DNA of 64,000 bases from the human T2T-CHM13v2.0 reference genome, Homo sapiens: assembly GCF_009914755.1 (NCBI RefSeq), contig NC_060926.1. One strand, given 5' to 3'. Shown here in pieces: positions 1 through 13,396 of the stretch. Both the position numbers and the translations under genes were made by a program. Position 1 is the first letter of the stretch, and every line of letters begins with the position of its first letter. The notes below the pieces were generated by a model, which did no database searches, was not told the origin of the DNA, and was given only the letters and a program-made list of their open reading frames with translations.

Positions 1-179
1 TCCCGAGTAGCTGGGACTACAGGTGCCTGCCACCACGCCTGGCTAGTTTTTTGTATTTTTTAGTAGAGACGGGGTTTCATCGTGTTAGCCAGGATGGTCT
101 CAATCTCCTGACCTCGTGATCCGCCTGCCTCGGCCTCCCAGAGTGCTGGGATTACAAGCGTGAGCCACCGCGCCCGGCC
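1..179 (-). mobile_element. Alu (AluY-like), cut by window edge
   Basis: Antisense Alu ending GAGCCACCGCGCCCGGCC; AluY-type GTGTTAGCCAGGATGGTCTC and GACCTCGTGATCC. Confidence 0.95.
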
Positions 180-240
180 GCAGGGGACTTTATTTTAGAG
201 CCCGATCAAAGTAACATGGAAAAGCTAAAGGTTCTCTGAG

Positions 241-275
241 CTGCAGTGGCTCCTCCTTTCCATGAGGGGGCGCCA
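241..275 (+). promoter_or_regulatory. Candidate CTCF site (core plus upstream motif)
   Basis: CCATGAGGGGGCGCCA at 260-275 resembles the CTCF core CCASYAGRKGGCRS; CTGCAGTGGC at 241-250 resembles the upstream ZF9-11 module. Confidence 0.55.
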
Positions 276-1329
276 TCCAGAGTCAGCGCTTCCTCTGAAC
301 ACATCCCACTTGAATGGGACAGGCAGCCATGGTAGCCATAGAGCATATGGGCCCACACTGCTTGCATTTAAATTTTCACTCCTGTTGTTTCCATGATGAG
401 CATTCCTCAGGTTCTATGCCATAAATTTATAATTTGGGAAATATGGTCACCACTACCATATGGCTCCCATTGTGTCTTCTAATTTAGCAAAGATGATAAA
501 TTTGTTTCCTGAAAATTTTAGGGTTAAAAGCATTCAATTGGATTTGATTCGTTGGGAGTTGGTGATGTGCCTGATGTATCTGTAACAGGAATATCCCATT
601 CTTCAACCATGCTGCACACAGAGTTAGGAGTCCCAAAGAAGGCATTTGCCTGAATAATTCCATAAAACGTGTATGTAAAAGAAGTCATAAACGGAGGAAG
701 GAAAATACTAGGTAGGTAATAAAGACATTTTTCATACTTTTATCCTGTTTGGAATATAAATCCTTTGTTCTCAGCTAGATTTGTACTGTACTAATGAGGA
801 AAGGTCAACAACAACGAACTGCCACCCTTTGACATGTATATACACTCCTTTTCTTTGCATGTGAGTTGGTGGATACCATGTATAAATGTCTGCACATGTT
901 GGCTGAGTGTAGTTTGGTGAACATACTCCATCCCCTGCCCCCAGCCCTGACTAAGATGCAGCACCAGATACACATTTTGGAAGAACTGACCTTATTGTTG
1001 TCAAGTAGGTGGAACTTGTCAGAACGTCATCTTTTTCCTCTTACCCCTCCCACCCTCATTCATTCTCCAAGTGCCCTTTTCATTTCACTTCCTTTTAGAT
1101 CCTCCTCTCAGCTGTCAGCTAAAGAAGACCTGATACTCTGATTCACCCCAAGATTCAAAGCTCTCATTTCTTATCTCTCCCAGAAGAATTTTCTGGATGA
1201 GCCTTTAAGCCAAAGGTATGACTGTCTAATAGCGGAATTTCAGTCATCTGGGACAGACTAGATGGGGAGATGTTAAGGAAAGAGACTCTTCCTGGTGTAC
1301 CCAGAATTATAGAACTCAGATGTCCTCAT

Positions 1330-1720
1330 GTGCCCTGTGTTTCTTGCTAAAAGTTGTATAGTTTTGTGTTTTACATTGAAGTCTTAAGTCTTACATTTAA
1401 GATCCATTTTGAGTTACTTTTCATATAAGGTGTAATGTTTAGGTTGAGGTTGATTTTTTTCCCCCTCCTGTAGATGTCCACTTGCTGTAGCACACTTTGT
1501 TGAAAGGACTACCTCTCACCATTGAATTGTTTTTACACCTTTGTAAAAAAGCAAGTGGGCAATTTGTGTTCTCTATTGTGTTCCATTGATCTCCATGTCT
1601 AGCCCTCTACCAAGACCATGCTGTCACAGTTACTGGAGCTATATAGTAAGCCTTAACACTGGGAAGAGAGATTCCTTTATTCTTTTTCAAAATAGTTTTG
1701 GCTCTTCTAGGGCCTTTCTC
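1330..1720 (-). mobile_element. Old L1M ORF2 fragment (antisense)
   Basis: L1 antisense motifs GATCCATTTTGAGTT, TGTTCCATTGATCT, TTCAAAATAGTTTTGGCT. Confidence 0.8.
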
Positions 1721-2390
1721 TTATGTTCACAAGGAAACTTATACATGTGAATGTTCATAACACCTTCATTCAAAATAGCCTCAATCTGGAAACTATCCAG
1801 ATGTTCTTCAGTGGTGTATGGTTGACCAAACTGTGGTATATCTATACCATGGAATACAGCAATAAAAAAGAAAAAATTATTGATCACATGCAACAATATA
1901 GGCGAGCCTCAAGGAAATGATGCTGAACGAAAAAGTCAGTCTCCAAAGGTTATATACTGCATTTGCCATTTATATAACATTCGTGAAATGACAAAATTAT
2001 AGCGAGGGGGAACAGATGAGTGGTTGCCAGGTGCTAGGGATGAGGGGAATAAGGGATAGGTGTTGCTCAAAAGGGGTAGCATGAGAGAATCTGGTGGTAA
2101 TGGTACAGTTTAGTATTTTGATTGTGGTTGTTACACAAAGCTACACATGTGACAAAATTACATAGGGCTACACATACACACACACACACGAGTGTTTGTA
2201 AAACTGGTGAAATCTGAGTAAGTTCTGTGGAGTGTGCCAATCTCAATATCCTAGTTTTGATAGCATGCTAGTTAGCTATGCAAGACGTTAACATCGGGGG
2301 AGGCTAGGCTAGATGCTTGGAACCTCCCTGTACACTTTTTTTCCAACTTCCTATGAATCTATAATCATTTTGAAATAAAAAGTTAAAACA
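1721..2390 (+). mobile_element. L1MC-like 3' end (ORF2 C-terminus plus 3' UTR)
   Basis: AAACTGTGGTATATCTATACCATGGAATAC (KLWYIYTMEY), GTGGTTGCCAGG, ends AAATAAAAAGTTAAAA. Confidence 0.85.
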
Positions 2391-4624
2391 ATATTACATT
2401 CTGTTTATGTCACATCAAGAATGGCAAACCTGTAAAAATATGGACATACAGTTGCCTCTGCAAAAGGAGGCTTCATCTGATTTCATAACATTTTATTTGT
2501 TTAGAAAAACCTGGTCTTGAAGCAAACATAACAAAATGTTAACATTTGTGAATTTAGGATGATGGATTTTATTTGTTGTGTTTTTCCCTGTCCTTTATTA
2601 TGTGTTTGAATCATTCCATTATTTAAAAAATAAAATAAATGTAAACAAAAGCAATAATTATGCCAGGGTATGTATCTCCCTGGTATCTTGGTCCACTCAC
2701 AAAAGTGGTCTGAATGTTTAATATTTCCTTAGTAAAACTGCTACTTGGTCACAGGCTTCTCTCCATGAATTACTAACTCCGGGTTGGGAAGCCTAAGAAC
2801 ATAATCCATCTTTTTTATTATGACAAGCTAATTTAATTTTAATTGCTCCTTATAGTATTGCATTATGAGGAGGAACTATCTTTAATTATCTTTTTGGGGG
2901 GGTGTTTCTAAAGTAATGTGATCTCAGAAGCAGAGCATCGTCCCTTCCAAAGTAGCCACCTGACTGTGAACTTAAAATATTTGTGTGCAACAGTGTAAAT
3001 AGACTTCTCTGCTCCTCCAACTGGTGGAGGCTGCCCTTCCCCCCGAAGCAATTAAAAGAATTCCAGATGGGTGATTCTCCCCTTCCTGGTCCTATTTAAA
3101 AATACAAGTGTCGCTTCGGGGATTTTTTTTTTCCTGGAATATACCAAGTGAGTGACACAAGAATTGGGACTCTCCATTCCTGATTTAAATATTGGCCGTG
3201 TCCTTTCGAGATCATTTTTCTTGGTGACATGTTAGACAATCTCAGGTCAGTCTGTGTCCTTAAAGATCACTGTGGGTGTCAGGAATGCTGCTTACAGATG
3301 TACATGATGGGCACATGGAGGCGCCCTTCAGGGCCTTTGGCTCAGATCCCCATCCTGCTCTTAAAGAAAAGGGCATTCTGTTATTTATTTGTTGGATTTT
3401 AATTTCTGCCTCTAGCCCTCTAAGGCTTCTCCATGTAGTGCCATCCTCTGCTGCTGTTACCACCATCAGGGGTGGGGGTAGGGGTGCTGTACAGTTGGCG
3501 GCCAGAGGATGCCATTGAAAAGTGGAGAAGTCTTCACACTGCTCTTTGTGGAAGGACGGCCTCCCTTCCCGTGGGCAAACCCCGGGGCTGGAGCCCTCCC
3601 AGCTGCCCAGTGGCTTTTGTGTGTGTGCAGCTTTCAGCTCCTGTCCATCAGGCTGAAAGGGCCCATTCAGGGGCATTCATGCGCCTCCGAGACCCCGGCC
3701 GCCTGGACACAATCAGCTGAGAGGGGCGCTGCGAGCCTTGCACATGAGAATGCGCCCACTCGGCCTGCCTCCAATTGTTTGGAGAAGCCCAGGGCCCGGG
3801 AGTGAGCCCAGAGGAATGACACTGGACAGCCACTTGGGGTTCATTCATTCTGTGCACTTGGAGCCTCTGGAAGGGAGGGGTGGGAATACCTTGCAGTGAG
3901 CTGGGAATGAGCAAGTTCAGGGCTGCTAGGGCTTATCTTTGGTCCTGACCTTCAGCTTTTATCTTTGTGTACACCTCTTGGAGCCCCTGCTTAAGGGTAG
4001 AGACCTTGTCTTCTTTATCTTTATAGTCCCACATACCTGAGGCACTCAGTAAGTCCTTGTTGAAGGAGTGAACTACATTGCTGCTCCTTTCATATAGCCC
4101 CAGGCACACTGATGTACTTTACTGTCCTTTGAAGAGGCCACAGAATATTTTGCCTCTTGGGGTGTGATCACCTTACTGAAAAGACTGGGCTCACCTCTTA
4201 GGTCAAGGAGAGTAGACTTTGAGATCTTGGAGGGACGAAGGACATTTTCAAGGTGGGAAGTTGCCGTAGAACAGAGTGCTGATGGCCAGGGATCTGCATT
4301 TGGAATTTGAGAGGCTGAGTAAGGAGCACCATAGGCCTCTGCAGAGGCCAGTCTTGGGTGGCTGGTTTGCAGGAAAGGGCAGGACCTGGTGCTGACTTGG
4401 AACCAGTTGGTGGTAGATGTGGAGATGGGAGAATGGACTTCATGGACACTTACCATATGGCAGCCAACACCCTGGGAACCTCTGGCACCTGATGACTGAC
4501 CTAGGAACATGGGGGAATGAAAAGCACAGGCCAAGATGCTAAGGAGCCTTTGTGTTTCTTAGTTTTACAAAATTGTGTTTAAGGATCACAGCAGCAGCAG
4601 TCACAGTAGTAGCCAAAGAGATAG

Positions 4625-4870
4625 TAGAATCTTCTATTTATTGGGAACTTACTGGACTAAGAGCTTTGTACATAATACTTCACTGACTTAAGCTGTTCTG
4701 TTGTTATATACACCCACGTATGAGTGGTAAGTGCTGCAGGCATTTTAAGGTAGGAAAGGTTATTATTCCCATTTATGGACGCAATACCTGAGGCTCAGAA
4801 ATATTAAGTGGCTTCCCAAGGTGAGTGGCAGAGCTTCAGTGGAAACGGGGGCTTAGGCTCTTAGCAACTG
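4625..4870 (-). mobile_element. MIR relic
   Basis: TTATTATTCCCATTTATGGACG..CTGAGGCTCAGAAATATTAAGTGGCTTCCCAAGGT matches the antisense MIR core. Confidence 0.7.
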
Positions 4871-5459
4871 AGGCGAGGGCTGCTGCCAGCATTAATGACT
4901 CTGGTGCAGTGAACTGAGTTATCTTTATAATTTCTCCTTCAATTTTAAGTGTTAAGAAAGAAGGAAGAAAAGGAAAAATACCTCTACTAGTCTTTAAGAG
5001 CCTTATAACTTATTTGGAGAAACGCAGCACACAATATAGAAACACTTGCCAAGCTGCCAGTGCCGAGTGGTGGTATCAGTGCTGAGGACAGATAGGGAAA
5101 AGCTTTCCTACTTGTCACATACCCTGGGGAGGTGATCACAAACCCACTGCATGGCCTTCCTCCCAAGGAAGGAGTTAGGTTGCCCCATGGCTAAGGGAGG
5201 GATGTAGAACCACTTAACATGACATTGGTTTCAAACCCTCTGGTCCCGCCAGCTTCTTCTGTTAGGCACAGGTGCTATGTGACATCTCACAGACCCTGAT
5301 CTGGTGCCAGCCCAGGCCAGATCACCAAACCCTGCCTGGCCTCAGCTCCCTGCACTATGCAATGGTATAGAAGTGGGATGGCACCTCTCATAGGGTTAGT
5401 TAGTATTTGCATGCTGTGTGCTCTGTACTACTCTGTTTAGTGCATTTAGAAGTTGATTT

Positions 5460-5764
<305 letters not shown>

Positions 5765-6169
5765 TTATTTCCTCATTGGATGTGACCAACTTCCTACAAA
5801 GGGAAGAAACTTCATCTTCAAGTCCCTAGGATAAAGCTTTTCATAGGGAGGGGACAAAAATTTAACTCCAGGTCACCAAGAGAAGTCATTTTGCAGCATG
5901 GAACTTAGTGCACTTTTGTTTTCACTATGGTCCCAGAATCCATTTGTCCTCTGACAAGGGGACTCTGTGCTGCATAGGGCTGGGTGTTCCAGCTATGTAG
6001 CCCTGTGCCTGATGGCAGGTGCAGCCACAGTTAGCTGAGGGGCAGTGGTCTCCATTCAGAGGTCTGCTTCCTTCTACCCTATTTCACCCTAATGAAGATA
6101 TGTCATCTTGCAAATGACTACATGTTTTCTATCCTCCTCATTTCTAATCCTGAATTTAAGCATTGGAAA

Positions 6170-6295
6170 GAGCTTGAGCAAATCAGTCAGCTACCGCCCC
6201 TCTCCCCCAAACTCAGTCTAGTCATCTGCAAAATGGAGCTAGCAGTGAAAACAGTATGTATTAAATGAGATGATACATGTGAAACATGTAGAGCT
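6170..6295 (+). mobile_element. MIR relic
   Basis: CTCAGT..TCATCTGCAAAATGGAG and ATTAAATGAGATGATACATGTGAAA. Confidence 0.65.
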
Positions 6296-6298
6296 CTA

Positions 6299-6899
<601 letters not shown>

Positions 6900-7315
6900 T
6901 CTGTCTTATCTAATTGGGTAATCACTCAATAAAATTAAGTTCTTATTTTTTCATTTGAATGAATTGTATCGATACCTGGGAGAAGCCAAAGGTTGCTTTG
7001 TTAGTTGTAACTCCGCTGACTGACCACCTTTGCTGTGCTTGATATTTATGTAGAGCACTCAGGCTAAAATGCCCATGGCTTCCCTGTCCTTTTATTCTCG
7101 TGGGTGATGGCGAGTAGAGCACAGAGGGCCAAGTGACTTGTCCAATCTGCGTAGACAGTAACAGTTCCCCATCCATGGCTCTTTCCACAGCTGAGGAGCC
7201 AAAGTCTCAGGCAGGTCTCAAAGCTGGCAAGTTTAAACTAAGTGATATTTAGTCTGGGTGGGATACTGATCGTGCATTTTTCTTTCTTTTTTCTTGCTCT
7301 AAAGGGCATTATTAG

Positions 7316-7460
7316 GGCCGGGTGCAGTGGCTCATGCCTGTAATCTTAGCACTTTGGGAGGCCAAGGTGGCAGGATTGCTTGAACCCAGGAGTTCAAGAC
7401 CAGCCTAGGCAACAAAGCGAGACCTCATGTCTATATTTAAAAATAAATAAGTAAATAAAT
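7316..7460 (+). mobile_element. FLAM-type Alu monomer
   Basis: Single left monomer with A-rich tail; TSD AAGGGCATTATTA / GAGGGCATTATCA. Confidence 0.88.
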
Positions 7461-7885
7461 AGAGGGCATTATCAGGACAGCTGGCAGCATTTGAATAAAG
7501 TCTGTGGATTGAGTGATAGTATTCTACCAGCGGTAGTTTTCTGTTCTTTGTTCCTTCTCCTCTACCACTGCTCCACTTGACTAGCCTTAAAAAATAAAAA
7601 GCAATTAAAATAAATAAGATGGCAATTTTATGACTAGGTAAACTGGTATTGTAAGAAAATGTCTTTTTTGGGAAATACAGAAGTATTTAGACAAAAGGGG
7701 ACATCATGTGTGCATCTTACTCTAAAATGGTTTGGGGAAAAATGCATATAGAGAGAGAGATAAAGTAAGTGTAGTTAAATGTTAACATTTGGGGTATGTA
7801 GGTGAGTGGTATGTGGAAGTTCATTTTACTATTCTTGCAACTTTTGTATAAGTCTGAAATTATTTTAGTATTTAAAAGTTTAAAA
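7461..7885 (+). mobile_element. L1ME/L1MC 3' UTR fragment (host of the FLAM and Y-RNA insertions)
   Basis: GGAAATACAGAAGTATTTAG, AAATGTTAACATTTGGGG, ACTATTCTTGCAACTTTT, terminal A-run. Confidence 0.7.
7544..7617 (+). pseudogene. RNY3: 5'-truncated processed pseudogene of hY3 Y RNA with A-rich tail
   Basis: 7544-7588 TTCTTTGTTCCTTCTCCTCTACCACTGCTCCACTTGACTAGCCTT matches the 3' 45 nt of hY3 as I recall it (3 mismatches), followed by AAAAAATAAAAA. The symbol is the parent gene; this is a pseudogene copy. Confidence 0.88.
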
Positions 7886-8161
7886 AAAAAAAGGCCCTCC
7901 TGTGGCTGAGGTGGTAGGAGGGTTAGTGTGAAAAGATGGGAGAGGGGCTATGGGATGGAGAGGGGTGGGGCAGAACCCTGGAAGGTGACCCCCTGGGAGT
8001 GGATGGCTGAAGACATGTGAATGAAGAGAGGAGAAGGGGGGAATAAACTGAATAAGAAAAGTCCCCCAAACAGAGCACCTTCCCACCGAAACAGGAGGGA
8101 TTACCTTCGGGAAATGATGTGGGCAGACTCTAAGGCATTGCCAAGTTGGAATTACAGAATT

Positions 8162-8356
8162 CAGGAGTGGTGGCTCACACCTGTAATCCCAGCACTTTGG
8201 GGAGGCCAAGGCGGGTGGATTACTTGAGGCCAGGAGTTCGAGACCAGCCTGGTCAACATGGCAAAACCCCATCTCTACTAAAAATACAAAAATTAGCCGG
8301 GTGTGGTGGCGCACGCCTGTAATCCCAGCTACTTGGGAGGCTGAGGCAGGAGAATC
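8162..8356 (+). mobile_element. Alu (AluS), 3'-truncated, no tail
   Basis: Left arm and linker intact; right arm stops at GGCAGGAGAATC. Confidence 0.92.
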
Positions 8357-8974
8357 AGGCTGATAATGAGCCAAGAGAAGAGGAGAAACCAAGTCTGCCA
8401 GGAGAAATATGAATTTGGACCTTGGAGAATGAAAATTGTAGGAAAAGTAGGCAGGGTAGATGGGCAGGGAAACCCAAAGCATGGTCAGGGCATCTTCTGA
8501 GGATGATGGGGATCCTGCAACTAAGCCAGCCAAACTTGAGTCTAGAATTGTGTGCCCCCAGGTGCCCTTGAGCCCAGGGTAAATAGCTGGTGTGATTACA
8601 GCAACCAGCAGTGTGTGCCATATCACAGTAAACACTCCAGGAGTGGGTTCTCACAGAAGAATCAGGAGGAAACCCCTGGCATGAGATTCAGAGCAGAATC
8701 CCCCTCAAGTTCTTGGATGGTGGCAGCAGCTGCTGTGGAGTCTCTGTTGCAAGCTTTTAGTTCGCAGGCACACTGGTTCAAGTTTAATCACCACAAAAAT
8801 ACTGCTTTGTGTGAAAATAATACATGAGTAGTCCTTATTGCAAAAGGTTCAAAGCAAACAGAAGGAATACATCAGAGGCCTCTTTCAGCTCCACCCCCCA
8901 GTCCCACCCCCGAGGTAACAGGTGTGGACAGTTCGTCTCCCTACAGTCCTTTTTCGCAGCATTTGCCCTATGGC

Positions 8975-9210
8975 GTAGTGGCTGGGACTGTGGGCTTTGA
9001 AGCAAGATCATCTGGGTTCACCAACTACCTCCACTACCTACAAACCTTGTAACCTTGAGCAAGTTACCTACCCTTTTCTCTGCCTACATTTTCTCATCTG
9101 TAAAGTCAGGATAATAACAGTCTAGACCTAATAGGGTTGTCATGGAGACTGAATGAGTTGGTAGGTGAAAAGAACCAGCACCTGGCACAGTCAGTGCTCA
9201 AGAAATGTTA
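8975..9210 (+). mobile_element. MIR
   Basis: ACCTTGAGCAAGTTACCT, TTTTCTCATCTGTAAAG, CCTGGCACAG..GTGCTCAAGAAATGTTA. Confidence 0.8.
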
Positions 9211-9217
9211 ATGTGCA

Positions 9218-9772
<555 letters not shown>

Positions 9773-9814
9773 TAAAAACCATCAAAAGAGTCCTACTCTG
9801 AATATTTTTATCAG

Positions 9815-10010
9815 TAGCATTCTTAGTTTTGAGCAGTAGGTATCAGCTGACTGAGATCAGAAAAAGGATTTCTTTAAAGGACATTGGGGTGGTTCCCAGT
9901 CTTGCTGGGATGGCTGTGGACTCAAACCATGGAGACCAGGCAGCAGCCCAGTCTGCACCCACAATAGTCACAAAACCAGAGTGGTGAGGACACTGTGCTG
10001 TTGATGTTGC
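9815..10010. mobile_element. Possible old MaLR LTR (MLT1-type) fragment
   Basis: CAGAAAAAGGATTTCTTTAAAGGACATTGGG and GGTGAGGACACTG resemble MLT1 LTR motifs recalled from memory. Confidence 0.4.
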
Positions 10011-10189
10011 TGGCATTTCCAGCTTCCAGAGTGGGAGGTGAACCCTGCGTCCTGCCAGGACTCATACGAGAAGCAGGGATTCCTAAACTCGGGACAGGAG
10101 TTCAGATGCCAGGGGCAAGTGTATCCCTGAATAGTTTATGATTCATTTGAGCCTTTTGTGCCCACATAAACGATGTCATTCTTCTTCTC

Positions 10190-10305
10190 TTAAAGACAAA
10201 CTTCGCTATATTGCTTAGGCTGGACTCAAACTCCTGGGCTCAAGGGATCCTCCCACCTCAACATCCTGAGTAGCTAGGACTATAGGCGCAGGCCACTGCA
10301 CCCAG
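10190..10305 (-). mobile_element. FLAM-type monomer
   Basis: AGGCTGGACTCAAACTCCTGGGCTCAAG..CACTGCACCCAGC. Confidence 0.8.
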
Positions 10306-10349
10306 CACATGTTATTCTGCACATTTACCTGTGCCAGGTGCTGTGCAGC

Positions 10350-10638
10350 AGTGATTCTCAGCCCAGCAGCACATTGGAATTACCTGGGGAGCTTGGATGA
10401 TTTGGAATGTCCAGGCCGGGCCTGGTGGTAGGTCCCAGCCATCAGGACTATTTTTTTTTTTTTTAAGAGACAGGGTCTCACTATGTTGCCCAGGCTGGTA
10501 TTAAACGTTTGACCCCAAGTGATGCTCCCACCTTGACCTCCTAAAGTGCTGGGATTACAGGTGCAAGCCACCACACCCAGCCCGGACTTTATAAGGTTCC
10601 AGGTGATTCCAATGTGTAGTCAAGGTTAATAACCACAG
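10350..10638. mobile_element. MER5-like hAT-Charlie relic interrupted by a FLAM (about 10451-10582, minus)
   Basis: CAGTGATTCTCA..GCACATTGGAATTACCTGGGGAGC and CCAGGTGATTCCAATGTGTAG ends, with an Alu monomer between them. Confidence 0.75.
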
Positions 10639-11066
10639 CTTCTAGAGGATAGTGCATTTAATAATCACCTCTATATTGGGTAGGTGATGTTTTTCTGAAT
10701 TTATACATGGGAAACCAAGCCTGAGAAAGCATTCCTGCCTTGCTTTATGTCACCCAGTAAGTGAGGCATTCCCACTGCCCAACCCCTTCCCCTGACTGCA
10801 GTGACTGTTGCTGCTTGCCTGGATGGGGAGGAGGAGCAAGCCTCTTCCTCAGCCCCTGGCACTCCCCAGCCACACCAACCTGCCGCAGGCCATCCAAACT
10901 CCACGGTTTCAGGGCCTTGCGTGCAGGTTTCTCTGCCTAGGTTGGTGTTACCTCACTTCTCACTTGGACAGTTTCCACTTACCACCCCCAGCCTAAGTAA
11001 GTCCTCCTCTTCTTTTTCCTTTGTGTTACTAAAACAGTATGTGATTGTATATGTATTAATATGTAT

Positions 11067-11330
11067 TAATCCGAGCACTTTGCAGGGCCGAGGAAGGTAG
11101 ATCACCTGAGGTCAGGAGTTCGAGACCAGCCTGGCCGACACGGTGAAACCCAGTCTGTACTAAAAATACAAAAATTAGCCAGGTGCGGTGGCAAACGCCT
11201 GTAATCCCAGCTATTTGGGAGGCTGAGGCAGGAGAATCGCTTGAACCCGGGAGGCAGAGGTTACAGTGCACCACTGCACTCTAGCCTGGGCAACAAGAGC
11301 GAAACTCTGTCTCAAAAAATATATATATAT
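11067..11330 (+). mobile_element. Alu (AluS), 5'-clipped, small internal deletion, (AT)n tail
   Basis: GATCACCTGAGGTCAGGAGTTCGAGACC..GCAACAAGAGCGAAACTC. Confidence 0.92.
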
Positions 11331-12562
11331 TTCGGGAGTGGGGTGGCACAAATAGGCAGAATGTCTGCTAAGGCTCCTTGTGGGACAGTGATGAAAGAAA
11401 CACCAACAAACACTGATGCGACTAAAGGCTATCCTAGGATCAAAAGGCAGTCTACTAAAAGTCCATTAATTAGCATTTGCTACCACTTATCTGTGGAAAT
11501 TAAGATTTTTTTTTGGTTCTCTGCAATCAAAACAAAATTCAAAAATAAAATATTAGCTGATGTGGCTGATATAAGACAACTGTCAATCGTCACCCTGCCT
11601 TTTAGGATGCAGCAAAACACCTTTGTTCTTCTTACAGATTCATCTGATTTTTGTGTTGGAGATTTGAGATTTTGCTCGTTACTGAAAATGTTTCCTCTGC
11701 TGAGAGTTTGAGCAGCCTCCTGGTTGTGCAGAGTGGCCAGGGTTGGGCTCAGCTGGCCAGGTGGCAGGTGCAAAGCAGGGTTCTAGAAGAGAGTCTGCCT
11801 GTGGCCTCATAGGGGTAACTTACTTCAGTGAGCAGTGTTGGGTGCCTGAGTGAGGAAGTAGAGGTGGCAGAGGAGGGGTCCAGTGGGCTGTCTGGGCCAT
11901 GTGAGGCTGTCTGCAGGACTCCTCAGAAAGGTTCAGGACTCACGTTCAGTGCAAGGGAAGACAAAGACCTTTATTGCTACAAAGTTGGGTGGGAGACTGA
12001 AGTCCTCAGATGGTCTACAAGCTTGAAAACCAAATCAAGTTGACCAACAACCTTCAGTTACAGTCATGTGGTATTGCTGCGACTTCTGAATTTCCCATTT
12101 GGGGTTTTATTAGCTTTTAGTAAAAGGCGACATTGTGAAGAAACCCAGATTAGAATTCAGTTTATAAAACAGCTGAGTGAGAAAGTGGGATAGGGGAGCC
12201 AGGGAACTACATAGAAAATCATTGAGCAATTACTCAACACAATTAGAGCCCAAACACCACCATCTCATGTGCACTCCTTGAGCTGGCAAGTAGGGAAGGG
12301 GGTGCAGAGCCGGAGCTCAGGGAGAGGTGTCCGTGGCTCCCTCACTTCTGGTCTCAGAGGCCTGGAGTGTCCTCTGTTCTGAGCATTTTCCACAGGCAGG
12401 GGCTGGTTTCAGGCCCAGACAGACTCCCAAAGCTAAACAAATGAGCAGCCCTCGCTGGCCATGACTTTGCCATTTAGAAGTGGCTTTGGGGCTCCAGAAT
12501 GAATGGGGAGCCTAATGCAGACCCAACTGACCAACTTCGGCAGCTTTGGGGAAAGTAATAAA

Positions 12563-12796
12563 AATGAGCCCAGGGGTTTGAGACAAGCCTGGGCAACAAA
12601 GTGAGATCCCGTCTCTACAAAAAATTAGCTGGGTGTGGTGGCACACGCCTGTGGTCCTAGCTACTCTGGAGGCTGTGGCAGGAAGATCGCATGAGCCCAA
12701 GAGGTTGAGGCTGCAGTAAGCTGTGTTTGTGACACTACACTCTAGCCTGGGTGACAGAATGAGACCCTTTCTCCAAAATAAAAAGAAAAAAGAAAA
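12563..12796 (+). mobile_element. Alu (AluJ-like), 5'-truncated
   Basis: TGAGCCCAGG..GAGGTTGAGGCTGCAGT plus A-rich tail. Confidence 0.88.
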
Positions 12797-13396
12797 TGAG
12801 ACCAGTAGTGATCTAAATAAGTGAGCACTTTGGGATGGCTTCCCAGAGATAAGTAGGTGATGTAAACCTCATCTTCCCAGCCCTGTAAAGAAAAAAGGTT
12901 TTTTGTGGGGGTAGGAGGAGGCTCCATTTCATCAAATCTGAAGGTGGACTTGAGAGTTTATAGTTTTCCCAGACTGTGAGGCTCCACCCAGGCTTTCTGT
13001 CTCTGCCAGTGCCAAGATGCTGCCTGTCCTACCACCTGTGCTGAGAGGGTGTCCCTAATGTCCATGATGGTTCAGGCTGGAGTAACTAGAAAAAGAACTC
13101 AGTTTCCTTCCCAAGGAAGAAACTGTAATTCAGTCCCTGCCCAGCTCACAATGGTGATCTCAGTATGTCTCTTAGCCATTTTGCATTTAAGATTCTCTGT
13201 CTATAAAATGGCAATCTGCTGATCTTAAAAAAAATGTGGAAGAGACAATAAAATAAAATCCCAGTTCTACTGAGTTCTAACAGCCAGAAACCGTGAGCCA
13301 TTTAAAATTTTGTTTGTCTCATGTTTATGAGAAAGGATAAAATAACAGATATCTAAACCAACACCAGGGACTCTTTTAAAAGCTCAAATTCTAGGG

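Noticed and set aside
3712-3732. Second CTCF-like site CTGAGAGGGGCGCTG
   Set aside because: Only the 3' half fits; the CC..AG positions are out of register
7880-8635. Longest ORF (251 aa, minus strand)
   Set aside because: Its core is antisense Alu translation ([24 protein letters not shown]) and it starts at a non-ATG codon; the flanks are low-complexity with no domain
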